NCBI RefSeq assembly: GCF_041146345.1
Contig: NW_027191413.1
Coordinates: 1,674,001 to 1,738,000, forward strand
DNA from: Neodothiora populina
Taxonomy: Eukaryota
Direction of reading: 5' to 3'
Length of the DNA stretch: 64,000 nucleotides
Below, piece after piece: positions 23,461 to 34,483 of this stretch. Position 1 is the stretch's first letter; each line of letters starts with the position of its first letter. The notes under the pieces were generated by a model, which did no database searches, was not told the DNA's origin, and saw nothing but the letters and a program-made list of their open reading frames with translations. Position numbers and translations under genes: made by a program.

Positions 23461-24288
23461 GTGCAGAGACGCGCAAGTGCCCTTGTCTGAAGATTTGCTC
23501 GTGTCGTATTCAAAAAAAAAAGCAAGGTGTCCGCCTCGAATAGCGTGCCAACTGTACAGTACGCATGGGCAGGAATAGGCGTTTGGGCATGGCGGGTGTT
23601 TTCCAGGCGTTGAAAGTCCCGGTTATTGATTGGAATGCAATTTGCAGCGACGGCATAGTCGATAGTCCGAATGAAAGAAATGTTCTCAATTTGTCTGATA
23701 TTTCTTTGACAATCCTTTCAGTTGCAAGTAAGCATTGCCTGCCTAACCTCCACATGCGTTTCCTCCATGTGCCAGGTAGTCATTTAGTCAAGTGACGCAA
23801 CTCGATTGAGGATGCTGATTATGCGCATCACACGACACCTGAAAAGTGATGACATGAGACCAGTCGTGTGTTGTCGCAGCAAACCTGAAGCGTAGGCAGC
23901 TGCGCTTGCACTCACATGCACGTGGCTGCAATTTTCGTCGGTGGTATGGTTGGAAAGTGGAGAGTTCTGAAGCCATTCGTGTTTAAGGTAGACTTATTAC
24001 ACGTTCCTGAGGCAAGGTAAGGTAGGTACAGTACCTTCACTTTCCGTCACCTGTGTGGCTTCCAAAAGCGGCGAAACTGATATTTGTCAAAACCAGCCCC
24101 TGATGAACCTAGGGTATCTTGACCTTCTTCACTTACACTAGACAATTTCACAGCAACATAGCTTCTCAGCTTCTTGCTTCTTGCATTTAATTTGGTACCA
24201 GTTTATACTCTGGTCCCGCGCTCGGGCTGTTATCCGAGCAACTCAACCTCGTCCTTCCTCAATTCATCACCGTCCAGCCACTACGATT

Positions 24289-25130
24289 ATGGCGGAGAAG
24301 ATCTTGATGTCCGAATTCAAAGCTATGTCCAAGGTAGTGGAGCAACATCAACGAGAATCATTATTTACTAAATTGATCTAACACTTCGCAGGAGCCATGG
24401 ACTAATATCGAAGTAAATGACACGAAGCGGTCAGCATAAATGTACCACTAACACAGGCTCAGCTTGTCAACGAGAACATATTCGAGTGGAGTGTTGCCTT
24501 GATCGTCATGAACCCAGGCTCTCCATACAATGGTGGATATCTCAAAGCAGAAATGAGATTCCCAAAAGACTACCCCTTTCGCCCCCCAGGTGTGTTGCGT
24601 CTCCATCATGCCAGCGACGTCCAGTGGACTAATGTGCATTATCTGCAGAATTCAGGTTCCTACGACCATTATGGCATCCCAACATCTATCTGGACGGTCG
24701 ACTCTGTATCTCAATTCTTCATCAGCCGGGCCACGATGAGATGTCTGGAGAGCTCGCTGATGAACGCTGGTCCCCAGCGCAACGTGTTGAAACTGTATTG
24801 ATCAGTATCCTCTCCCTCCTAGACGATGCCGAGGTCTCATCACCAGCCAATGTTGACGCCGGCGTTATGCTACGCAATGATCCGGAGAAGTACAAGGACC
24901 GTGTCTGGTCGGATCTCGAACAGAGCAAAAAAGACATCCCGGAAGGGTTCGTCATGCCTACCGAGTACACCTTCACTCATCATGAAGTCGAAGCCAACAA
25001 CTTCACCTGGTCAGACAGCGAAGATGAGTATGACTTTGGAGGGAGCGACAGCGAGGCCGAAATGACCATGGACGAAGATGATGACAATGCCGACGAGCAT
25101 GTCGATACGGAGAGTAGTGATGAGGAGTGA
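24289..25130 (+). CDS. CDC34: Ubiquitin-conjugating enzyme E2, Cdc34/Ubc3 type; 4 exons
   Basis: Introns 24334-24391, 24413-24462 and 24590-24648. HPNIYLDGRLCISILH, acidic loop DEMSGELADERWSP, SPANVDA and acidic C-terminal tail. Confidence 0.85.
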
Positions 25131-25954
25131 CGGAGGACCCAGAGATAGCATAGTCACACGAGCAACGAATCATGTGGCACGTATGACTCGGAAATGGGCA
25201 CGAGGATGCTGATGATTTCTTATATTGCAGCGAGGCGTTTGTAGGCGAACATGCATTAGGTATTCTATATACGAATGGACACACCAATTGGAGACAGAGG
25301 ACTTTCCGAGCCCATGCACATAAAACCGCCGCTGCTCCTCTGAGCAGATGGGTCTACAGTGACAAGTCTCATCCAGCAACATACATTACCGATATGTTCT
25401 TCGTGGTGCTCCATCTTTCGCCGCACTTGAATGTATACGCATGACGTCAGCGCAACACGCCTGTACGTTCAAGTGTAGGTAGCAGGTATAGGTAGCTCTC
25501 AAGCGCACAATACTTGTGGTATAGATGCCTGTCGACTCAGGTTTCTTGATGCAGAGCAAGAAGACGGGTCAGATTTTGGAGCAGTAGTAAGTAGTAAAAT
25601 TACATCTTGTCTACCTCATTGACCAAGTCCTGGAACAAGTACGCAATCGGACGAATGATGGTCTGTCAACCCCACAAAGCATGTGTTTGAGTGATCTGTG
25701 CTGGTCTTCATGCCAACGTGAATGTAAATGAAAAGCTACTCTACTCTTCCCTTTATTTAGAAGCCTTATCGCTGATCGCAGTATTTATAGATCATCTTGA
25801 AGTGACCACAGAGTCTGGCTTCCCTCCCAGTCTTGATCTCTGGAGCAACGCAGACTCCAAGTGTCCGCATATCCCATGACAGCGTTGTCCAAAGAGACAG
25901 ACAACAGCTTACTTCATAAGACACTGTCGGCGACACACAGACTCCTAATCTATC

Positions 25955-28585
25955 ATGGCGATAGATGCGTCGGAGGAACACATCACCCAGGTGACAGAGT
26001 TCGCAGCTTGTGACCGTGACACAGCGTGCAGATATCTCAAGGTAGCCCGCCTACAAGATCGGGGAAGCAGTTGGAGTGACTGCCTCGAATGGTTCCATTG
26101 CTGACAGTGTGAATGATCAGGTCAAGAACAATGATGTACAAGCTGCCATTATGGCCATCTTCGATGGAGAAGACATCTCCCAGGCCGAGGTGTGTTTGCG
26201 CCTATGTTATCCACCGCCATTCGCTGTTCTACCGGTATTGACTCTGTATGCCTAGGCATCGCTAGCCTGGAATGAAACCGCCTTCAACGCTGACCGTGAC
26301 GGCAATACTTCATCTGCGCCGAACCAAACATGTGAAGACCGCCCTCGTAGTTCTGGCTTTCGACCGAAGAACCAACGCTGATGCCATGTATAGCATACAA
26401 CGACGACAATCTCCAACCGCTAGGGGCGCCGACTCGTGGATCTACACCTGTTCCTTCACTGAAACAGCCTACTACTAGTGACGAGGAGGATGCAGGACTG
26501 CAACAGGCTCTGGCTGCTTCGCGGGGTGAAACACACTATGGTCAACAAGAGATGGGTACCATATCTGCAGGCAAGACACATTTCGGCCCAGCGACAAGGT
26601 CCAACTACGATTCAAATCAGTGGGCCATGACTCTGCCAGGCCAGGAAGTCATGCCGGATCTCGAGCCCGCAGACCGTGTGAATGCGCGTGGAGAGCCTCG
26701 ATGCCTGAGGCCGCTTCCGTCTGCCGAGTATCTGCCCAACCTCCTGACGATACTCCATTCCATCCCCCTTGCTCGCAAAGCCCTTCTCGCACCGCATACC
26801 GTCAGAACGTCTTATGGCCAGGACCCCGAGTGGTGGAAAGGACATACGATAAGGATGCCTCGCATCGTGAGCACCGTCGATCTCTCTTCGGCTGCACTGC
26901 TCACGCCTGCCGAGAGCGACGAATTGATTGCGGAAATGCAGCGCCTGATCGCCCTCTTAGACTCCAGCTCTCGGTCGTATGGTAGCGTTGACTCCCTGTT
27001 ACGCCTGGATGCCGTCAACAATGTTGGCTCAGAACTTCCCGCAGAGACTCTATCCGACCGTGTGCTACATGCCTGGGAGATAGCTGCCGCAAAGTCGCCG
27101 GCTGATGATGGCGTTGACTTGGATGTTTTCCGCTCACGTATGGGCACCAACGACGATGATGGTGTAGAAACACCTTACATGCGCGTCATGCCTCTGAAGA
27201 TATCGCCCAGTACTGCAGACCACTCCGTCACTTTGGCTGAAGCTATGAACGAACTTTTGTGGGACGTTGACGATCCGGACGAGAGCGACGTCTACATAGA
27301 GCAGCCTGCGCAAATTCTTTGCATACACGCCTCCCACGAGGACAAGAGCGCCGCGCGTACTCGCTTGGTTATTCCCCAGTCCTTTTACATCGACCAATAC
27401 CTCAAGGAAAATGTTGATCAGACAAGGGGTCTGCGCCTCGATATTGCGAAAGCAAGGCACCGGCTTGGTGTCATCGAGACAACACGCCACAAATTGGAAA
27501 AATTCTCTCTCGGGGAGCCAAAGGGTAGGGTCGATACTTCTCTCCTGCTGTCGCATACAATCGGCCATTTCTCTGGCCAGAACAAGACAACCATGCTTGA
27601 GGAAAGGTTACTCAGTGGCGCAGACGTCAACGTAGATCTACCACCACCCACCGAGCAACACGAAGATATAGCAACACGCTTGAACGCCTTGTATGCGGGC
27701 ATCAAGATCAAGCTTGATGAGTTAGAGGAGGAGAGTATCAAGGCTAGAGACATCCTCTCACGATTGTGGCAATCGACTTCGGAGAGTCTACCACCGGAAT
27801 CCCTCAAGCACCGCTACTGGCTCAGAGGAGTGGCAACGAAGTCATCGGTCACTTATCTATTGAGACCTCGCGATGAGACTTCTGGCACAGGGGACGCCAT
27901 GAACATAGACGAAGATGCTCCTCCGGGCATGCAATGGTGGCGAATCGAGTACGACGATGATGGGAATAGGATCACCAAATCTGTGAGTGCAAGCTACCGA
28001 CACACCTCCGCTCTGGTCTCATACTGATTGCATTTAGCTGGCGACACAAGACGACGTCATACGGGCAGTAGAGCTGGAATACAAAGAAGCATTGATTGTC
28101 TACGCAAGTGATGCAGCGATTGCACCTCAAGATGATGCTTCCTTACCAGCCGCGCTACGGGTAGATTTATCCATTAAAGGAAGTGACTGTGGCGTGCTAA
28201 AACCTCACAGGACTTTATACGCAACGACGACGAGCTGTTCAAGACAGAGCTGCAATTTGCGACGCAGGTTGCTTCCAATTTTGAGACCTCACCACGAGAC
28301 GTTTCTACACGTCGTGCATCTATCGACAGTACTACAGTAAACTGGGGCGATGAGCCTCCCCCATATCCCGATCCTGATCCACCCGCACACGACATCATGC
28401 TCGACGGAGTTGAGCCCGAGGATGACACTAATATGGAGATGGTCGAGACTGATCACGGACCACTCACAATGAAATCGACAAAGCGAAGAGATAGTGACGA
28501 TGCTCTTATGATGGGTATGGGACGGAGTCAGGATGGCGTCAATCCACAAGATCCCAATCTCCCAGATTCTATGGACACACTCTAG
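25955..28585 (+). CDS. UBA-like + ubiquitin-interacting-motif (UIM) protein, Rup1-like; 6 exons
   Basis: N-terminal UBA-like MAIDASEEHITQVTEFAACDRDTACRYLK|VKNNDVQAAI; UIM DEEDAGLQQALAAS; FGPATR..YDSNQWAM and LLTILHSIP. Introns 26042-26120, 26190-26255, 26332-26393, 27983-28037 and 28161-28210. Confidence 0.8.
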
Positions 28586-29537
28586 GTCGAGGTTTCGTGG
28601 TCGGAACATACACCAATATTTGTCTGCACTTGACCTCCCCGTCTGTCTCAGGATCGATGCTGCTGAATTACATTTCTTTGTTCTATGCTTCTCTCATGCT
28701 GGACGATCAAGACTGGAATCAAGTCTCGACTATCAAGGCAGGGGGCGGCTGAGGATGAACGAAAGACGTGCCAAGTCCTCCAAGCCAAGCGAAGATCCAT
28801 CAGTGAGAAAGTACAGACGCCGGGAGGAATCGAAATATGGAAAGCCTCTTGTCGTCCTTCCTGCTCTCTCTGGGAGTGAATTTCGAGACGAGGGTAATTC
28901 ATCTGAGGCCCGGAGTAAATCTCATGAGTTGAAGATTCGCGAGTATAGGAGTTCATGCCTTCCGATCTAGAGATCCATAGGTGGGACTGTCAAACTAGCA
29001 TAGTCTACTGACTTGCCGTCTGTTCTCCGCATTGCAGGCCTTGATATTTGCTTGTAAGGACTCGCTTGCAAGCATGGCATGTGATCGATGCGGACCTATC
29101 ACGCTCGCCCTGACCGCCGCGGAGATGATAGCCTTTGCGTGATCGAGTCAAGAGTGGCAAGCGGATTCTTAAGCCGACAACGCAAGATAGGACTCGAGCC
29201 CACCACTGGATGCGAAAGATCCTAAGGGAAGCGCCGAGTCGGATAACAGTAGCAGTGCATGGAAAGCGGGATTGTCTATGAAGCATCGAGCAACTTCCAC
29301 GCTTTGCTTTCCAATTCGAGGTCTACTGTGACAGAAGGAGTCTTATGTACATACACACGCAGAGGATCACCTATATAGTGCTATTGCGAACACGCCTTCA
29401 CAGAGACAGCTATGTACTAGTATCTTCTCCATCGGCTTGCCGAGGGTGTAGTGCGAAGCTTAGATTAGATCTTAGATGTGAAGATAAGATACCACATCGG
29501 TCCTTACCTTATCCTTGTATTGTGTGACATCATAGCT

Positions 29538-29552
29538 ATTCGAGAATGTTCT
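29538..29552. promoter_or_regulatory. Heat-shock element (nTTCnnGAAnnTTCn) upstream of SIS1
   Basis: aTTCgaGAAtgTTCt is a perfect three-unit HSE about 355 nt upstream of an Hsp40 gene. A second, imperfect array TTCagGAAacaTTCcaGAA lies at 29809-29827. Confidence 0.6.
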
Positions 29553-29906
29553 GCCTCATGATGGGGAAAGCATGGCCTGATGCTTCCGGCAGCATCAAGC
29601 AGGTTCGACGGCATCGTCGGTTGATGCAAATACGTATGTTCGTGCTGAGAAGGACAACTTCAATCTCATTCACGTAATTCTCACTTCCATTATTCTGTAC
29701 CTGCAGAATTGACTTTCCAAGAACATAGCCTTTTCTTGTTTGCAACATTGACTCCGTCCATTGATCGGAACACGTGGGCGGTCATCATATAGCAAGAGAC
29801 ACCCCACTTTCAGGAAACATTCCAGAACACAATATATCATAAGCATTAGTAGCACCTAGCAAAAGTCGGCAGGTATTACAACAGAGACAACGCAATCGCG
29901 AAAAAC

Positions 29907-31136
29907 ATGGTTGCAGAGACAAAACTCTACGACTCGCTGTCGATCAGCCCGACGGCATCAGAAGCCGAGATCAAAAAGGCCTACCGCAAAGCAGCTCTCA
30001 AATACCACCCGGACAAGAACCGGGACAACCCCAATGCATCCGAGAAATTCAAGGAAGTCTCTCAGGCCTATGAGATTCTTTCTGATCCGGAAAAGCGCAA
30101 GATCTACGACCAGTATGGTCTTGAATTCCTGCTGAGGGGAGGAGCCCCTGCACCTGAGGATGCAGGCGGTCCTGGTGGAGCAGGTGGGTTCCCTGGTGGT
30201 ATGCCCGGAGGCTTTGGAGGCATGCCTGGCGGATTCGGCGGTATGCCAGGAGGAGGCGGCAAGACGTTCCGCTTCACGACAAGCGGAGGTGGAATGCCTG
30301 GCGGCGGCAGCGGCTTCAGCTTCAGCAACCCCGAAAGCATCTTCTCCGAGTTCCTACGGGGTGGCGCAGGTGGAGCTGGCGGCATGGGCGGCGGTGCCAC
30401 CATGGGCGGTGACGACGATGACTTCTTCTCAGCATTCGGCGGCGGGGGCAACTTTGGATCGTCACCATTCGGCGGACGCCCGGGCACTGGAGGTCGAACA
30501 CGCACAGCGAACGGCGGTATGAGGAGGCAACAGACACCAGAAGTCTCTGTTGTCGAGAAGCCACTGCCTGTGACGCTAGAGGATCTATACAACGGCGTGA
30601 CGAAGAGGATGAAGATCAAGCGCAAGACGTTCGACGAAGCCACCGGCAAACAGTCGCTGCAAGACCGCATCCTCGAGGTGCCCATCAAGAAGGGCTTGAA
30701 AGCCGGCAGCAAGATCAAGTTCAGCGGCGTAGGAGACCAGATCGAAGGCGGCTCACAGGACCTGCATTTCATCGTAGAAGAGGTAAGCGGCACAATCCCA
30801 AAATTGACCCACCCGAAAATTAGACACTAACTCATCCAACAGAAACCACACCCTCTCTTCAAGCGCGTGGGCGACGACATCCACCACAACGTAGACATCG
30901 ACCTCAAAGAAGCGCTCACGGGCTGGAAACGAACCGTCAAGACCATCGACGGCAAGCAGATCAGCGTCGGCGCATCCGGTCCCGTCGGCCCAACCTACGT
31001 CGACAAATTCCCCGGCCTGGGCATGCCAAAGCCCAAGAAACCAGAGGAGCGAGGAGACTTTGTCGTCGGCGTGAATATCAAATTCCCCACTTCCCTGACC
31101 GCGGATCAGAAAACGAAGCTCAAGGAGATTTTATGA
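29907..31136 (+). CDS. SIS1: Class II Hsp40/DnaJ co-chaperone (Sis1/Psi1); 2 exons
   Basis: [10 protein letters not shown]-domain with HPDKN, G/F- and G/M-rich linker, no Zn finger, C-terminal substrate-binding domain; intron 30783-30842. Confidence 0.93.
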
Positions 31137-31535
31137 GCTGAGTAGAAAAAGATAAAAGCCGAAGAGGTTTGGCACACAAACACACACTCGCGCAAAGAAC
31201 GAAAGAGTCATGATACCATGGAAGCGGCATTTTTTTTCTACTGAACGATATGTTTTTCTTTTCTCTTTTTCTTTTCCTGTTTCCAGCGAGCATTATAACT
31301 TTTGGATATGCGCAAGCAACAAAAACTCATTTACAAGATTTCTATCTGGTAATCCAATAAACAGAGAATAATTCCATTTCCTATCTTGAATGAACTTAAC
31401 GCCCAACGTAAGGAATCATTATGATTGGTCTGCGTAATCGAGACCCAAGCTAACTGTGCAATTGACTGCGTTCATTAATAGACTTATACAATGAATGCAT
31501 CTCCGAGTACTCCTTTCTGTACAATATGAAATCGT

Positions 31536-33195
31536 CTACGGCAAGGGCTGATTGCCATCTACACCACTTGCCGCCGACGACTGGGTCCGCCAACCCACGA
31601 AGCTCTCACTCAAAACCTGCCCCGTCCCCGTCTCCTCGACCTTAAAGACCTCAATGATCCCGGACCGCGCAGCCCGACGTATCCGCCAGACGCCCTCGCT
31701 GCCACCGACAGTCTTCTTGAGAAATTCGAGAAAGGCGCCGGTGAAATTAATGCACAGGCTGCCGTCCCATATGAAGCGTCCGTTGCGCAGGATATGCCCG
31801 GGCATGCGCTGCGTGTCCAGCTCTTCGAGGCTTTCTAATATGCCGTCTGGAGAGCGGTAGCCGATGATGATTTTTGGGACGCTGGTGGTATGGTTCGTAA
31901 GCTTTATGGCGCGAGGGATTTCCATGACATGTATTGGGGAGAAGAAAGGACGGGCTTGCTTGCTTACTTACCCGAGGAGGAACGACTGCGCCCAGAACTT
32001 GAGCAGTTTCTTCTCGTGGATTCGTATGTTCTTGTCGTTTTGCGGTCTTCGCGCTGTTTTGAGCTCGACCCATCGTGCGGGCTCGTTGGGGTCTTCGGGC
32101 TTGTAGCCCAGGACTGCCATTTGTTTCAGTACTGAATCAGCTATCTGGTCGTTTGGGACGTACCTCCGTCGACTTCTCCCCCGATGATCATGGACGCTCC
32201 CGCAATGCCAGTCTTGCATAAGCTGCAGTACTGCGCCGAGTTGTCGACAATGTCGTCTTCGCGCTGCTCGATCTCTTCTCGAGATGTGCTCGGCCAGGGA
32301 CGCGGGAGCAGTGATAGAGCCTCGAATTTGTAGCCCCAGTACATGGCGAGGTTTTGAGGAGGCCCGCCTGGACGCGAAAAGCGGCGCTGTTGGTCTTCTT
32401 TCTGCGCTACTTTGTACTGGTGATGCTCTTCGATGAATCTATATCACAAATCAGTCGTTGGGTCGGAGCGAACAGATGACTAGTTTGAAAAAGAAGATGT
32501 CGGACAAAGGAAAGCTCACATGGTACCCTGTATCCAGGTTTAGATTAGCTAAACTGCCAATTGTTCAAATATCAAGGACTAGCGATGGCAGTTGCGCACT
32601 TGGAAATATGTAGCGTTCATCTCGAAGCCGTCTTCTGAGTCGAACGGAGCAGTCATGATCTAGAAAGGGTAACATGTCAATATCAAGCAATGAGTACTAA
32701 GAACAGATAGCGTGTACCTTGGTCATCATGCCTCGCCAAGTGATGACATCGGCATCGATACGGTTGCCATCTCTCTTCTCTGCTGCTATTATCGTTTCCA
32801 GCAAGGAGTCGAGATGTTCATCTGCCGAATCGTCTCTTAGGCGAAACTTGTCATATCCTTTCGATCTGCATAAACTTAGCGAGACTGAACCTCATGCGGT
32901 TGTGAATGTACAGACAGATCAACTGGAAACCGCGGATCCTGTCCTCCTGGAGTGTCGAACATGGGAGGATAGTAGTAGCGAAGTGATATATCCGATAATG
33001 GATGCAATGTATGATCATCATCGTATGAAAAGTATGCGATTTCCTTCAATGTCGTCAGGTTCGATACTCATCCACAAGGAGGCGGCACCCGAAGATGGAC
33101 ATGATTTCGATTTGAGGAAATACCAGCGGTTTCTTGATAGAAGCATTCTTGACGCCTGCGAAGCGACCCAAGTCGATGGCGAAGTTGGCTTGCAT
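31536..33195 (-). CDS. RAI1: RAI1/DXO decapping nuclease; 8 exons
   Basis: Exons 33195-33124, 33043-32916, 32865-32718, 32659-32600, 32527-32520, 32438-32164, 32113-31972 and 31881-31536. Motifs EIAYFSYD, WRGMMTK, YWGYKFE, GGEVDG, WVELKT and KFWAQSFLLGVPKIIIGYR. Confidence 0.93.
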
Positions 33196-33822
33196 GTTAT
33201 AGCCTTATAGCAGGTATTCTGTTGTTGTGAGACACTCCCCGTGAGACGAAATCTCGATCTTCAATTGGTTGTTCACGCCCTTGGCTCTACAAACGATGAA
33301 TTGATGCTATGTGATTCAATATGCTCTGGCAAGAAAGGGTAACATTTACTATTCTACAGGTCAAGGAGTCGCGAAGGCTCGCGTACGCGACTCTCATGTA
33401 TGTGCTTGTACTTTGTTTCCTACCTTACCTTACTACAAGCGATCAGAGTACGAAGATACGATGACTTAATTCTGGTCAGCCGCAAATCACTCAACCATGA
33501 TTTCTGTCTTATCTGCTTCTCATGTTCAGTCACGTCTGAATCTTGCTTCCCGTATTCGAGAGACCTCTGGCTCAATGTGTCTGGAAGCTAGATCTGCCAG
33601 TTGTCAGAGCATGAAGCACAGGATGTAATGATGGACTCGGTCCTAGTCAGCAGTATCTCACTCAAAACCACTTGGTTCGCACCCTGCTTCGGTTAGCTTT
33701 CAACGACTTCTGGCTCATTCCTCTCAAAAACGGACTCAGTACCTCGCTTAAGTCCGACGAACTCGCTTAATATCTTGGCCGGAACCTTGCGAGTTTGCTA
33801 ATGTTTGCTCAGCCGATCCATG

Positions 33823-33829
33823 TATATAT
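33823..33829 (+). promoter_or_regulatory. Putative TATA box of the U2 snRNA gene
   Basis: TATATAT about 40-47 nt upstream of the predicted U2 5' end, followed by a pyrimidine-rich tract. Confidence 0.45.
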
Positions 33830-33869
33830 GCCTCCCTCATCTTCACCATTACTCCGACTTTCTCTTCCT

Positions 33870-34114
33870 ATGTCTCGTAAGATCTTCTGCCTTACCTCTT
33901 ACTGGTTGAGCATTTTCTGACTTCGATCACAGTTTGCCTTTTGGCTTAGATCAAGTGTAGTATCTGTTCTTTTCAGTTTAATCTCTGAAAGGCTTCCACG
34001 GAAGCATTTATTGATTATCCTAATTTTTGGAAATGGGTGATGGGATGCTCTGGGCTTGCCCATCTCTTGTCCCCACAGTGTCGCCAGTATTGCACTACTT
34101 CTGGCTGATGCGAC
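33870..34114 (+). ncRNA. U2: U2 spliceosomal snRNA (intron-containing; ends approximate)
   Basis: GCCTTTTGGCTTAGATCAAGTGTAGTATCTGTTCTTTTCAG core; branch-point recognition GTAGTA 33957-33962; stem IIa TTTCAG/CTGAAA 33971-33990; stem IIb GCTTCC/GGAAGC; IIc complement GATTA 34013-34017; Sm site AATTTTTG 34022-34029; SL III TGGGC-TT-GCCCA; SL IV GCCAG..ATTGCACTAC..CTGGC. Confidence 0.95.
33877..33932 (+). other. Spliceosomal intron within the U2 snRNA gene (56 nt)
   Basis: Donor GTAAGA, branch CTGAC 33917-33921, acceptor CAG. Removal joins TCTC to TTTGCC, restoring the conserved U2 5' sequence UCUCUUUGCCUUUUGGC. Confidence 0.85.
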
Positions 34115-34483
34115 TTTTCATTGGTTGCTTGGTCTCTTTTGACCGGGTTCTGAAGAAGAGTGTGTCTTGTGTTGGTCATTTCTGTAGCTCTTGTTGTGGT
34201 GTCCGTTGCACATATAGATCTCATGCTAAGCGCCCATCTTTTATTGTCAGGCTGTAGCTAAAGCAGAAGAGCAATGCTCTCATGCTCTCGGGAGAACACG
34301 AGATAGACCAGGGACTCCATCTTGAGCGATACAGATAGACATGACCGTGAAGCCCAATCGCCAGCACACCTGATAGAGTCCATGCTGGCGTGCCTAGTCA
34401 ATTGTAGATCCACGAAATGATAACTATTCTTTCTCATATCAGATCTCACAGTGCTGCTCTACAACAACCCATGACCGAAGCAA

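Noticed and set aside
23612..23620. GAAAGTCCC, RNase MRP CR-I-like
   Set aside because: Lies in the probable CBF5 3' UTR, and no matching CR-V was found.
23846..23970. GTGATGA...CTGA...CTGA downstream of CBF5
   Set aside because: No terminal stem and no recognisable guide sequence.
25128..25148. CDC34 stop in a leaky TGA-CGG context
   Set aside because: The extension would be only RRTQR, with no PTS1 or other targeting signal.
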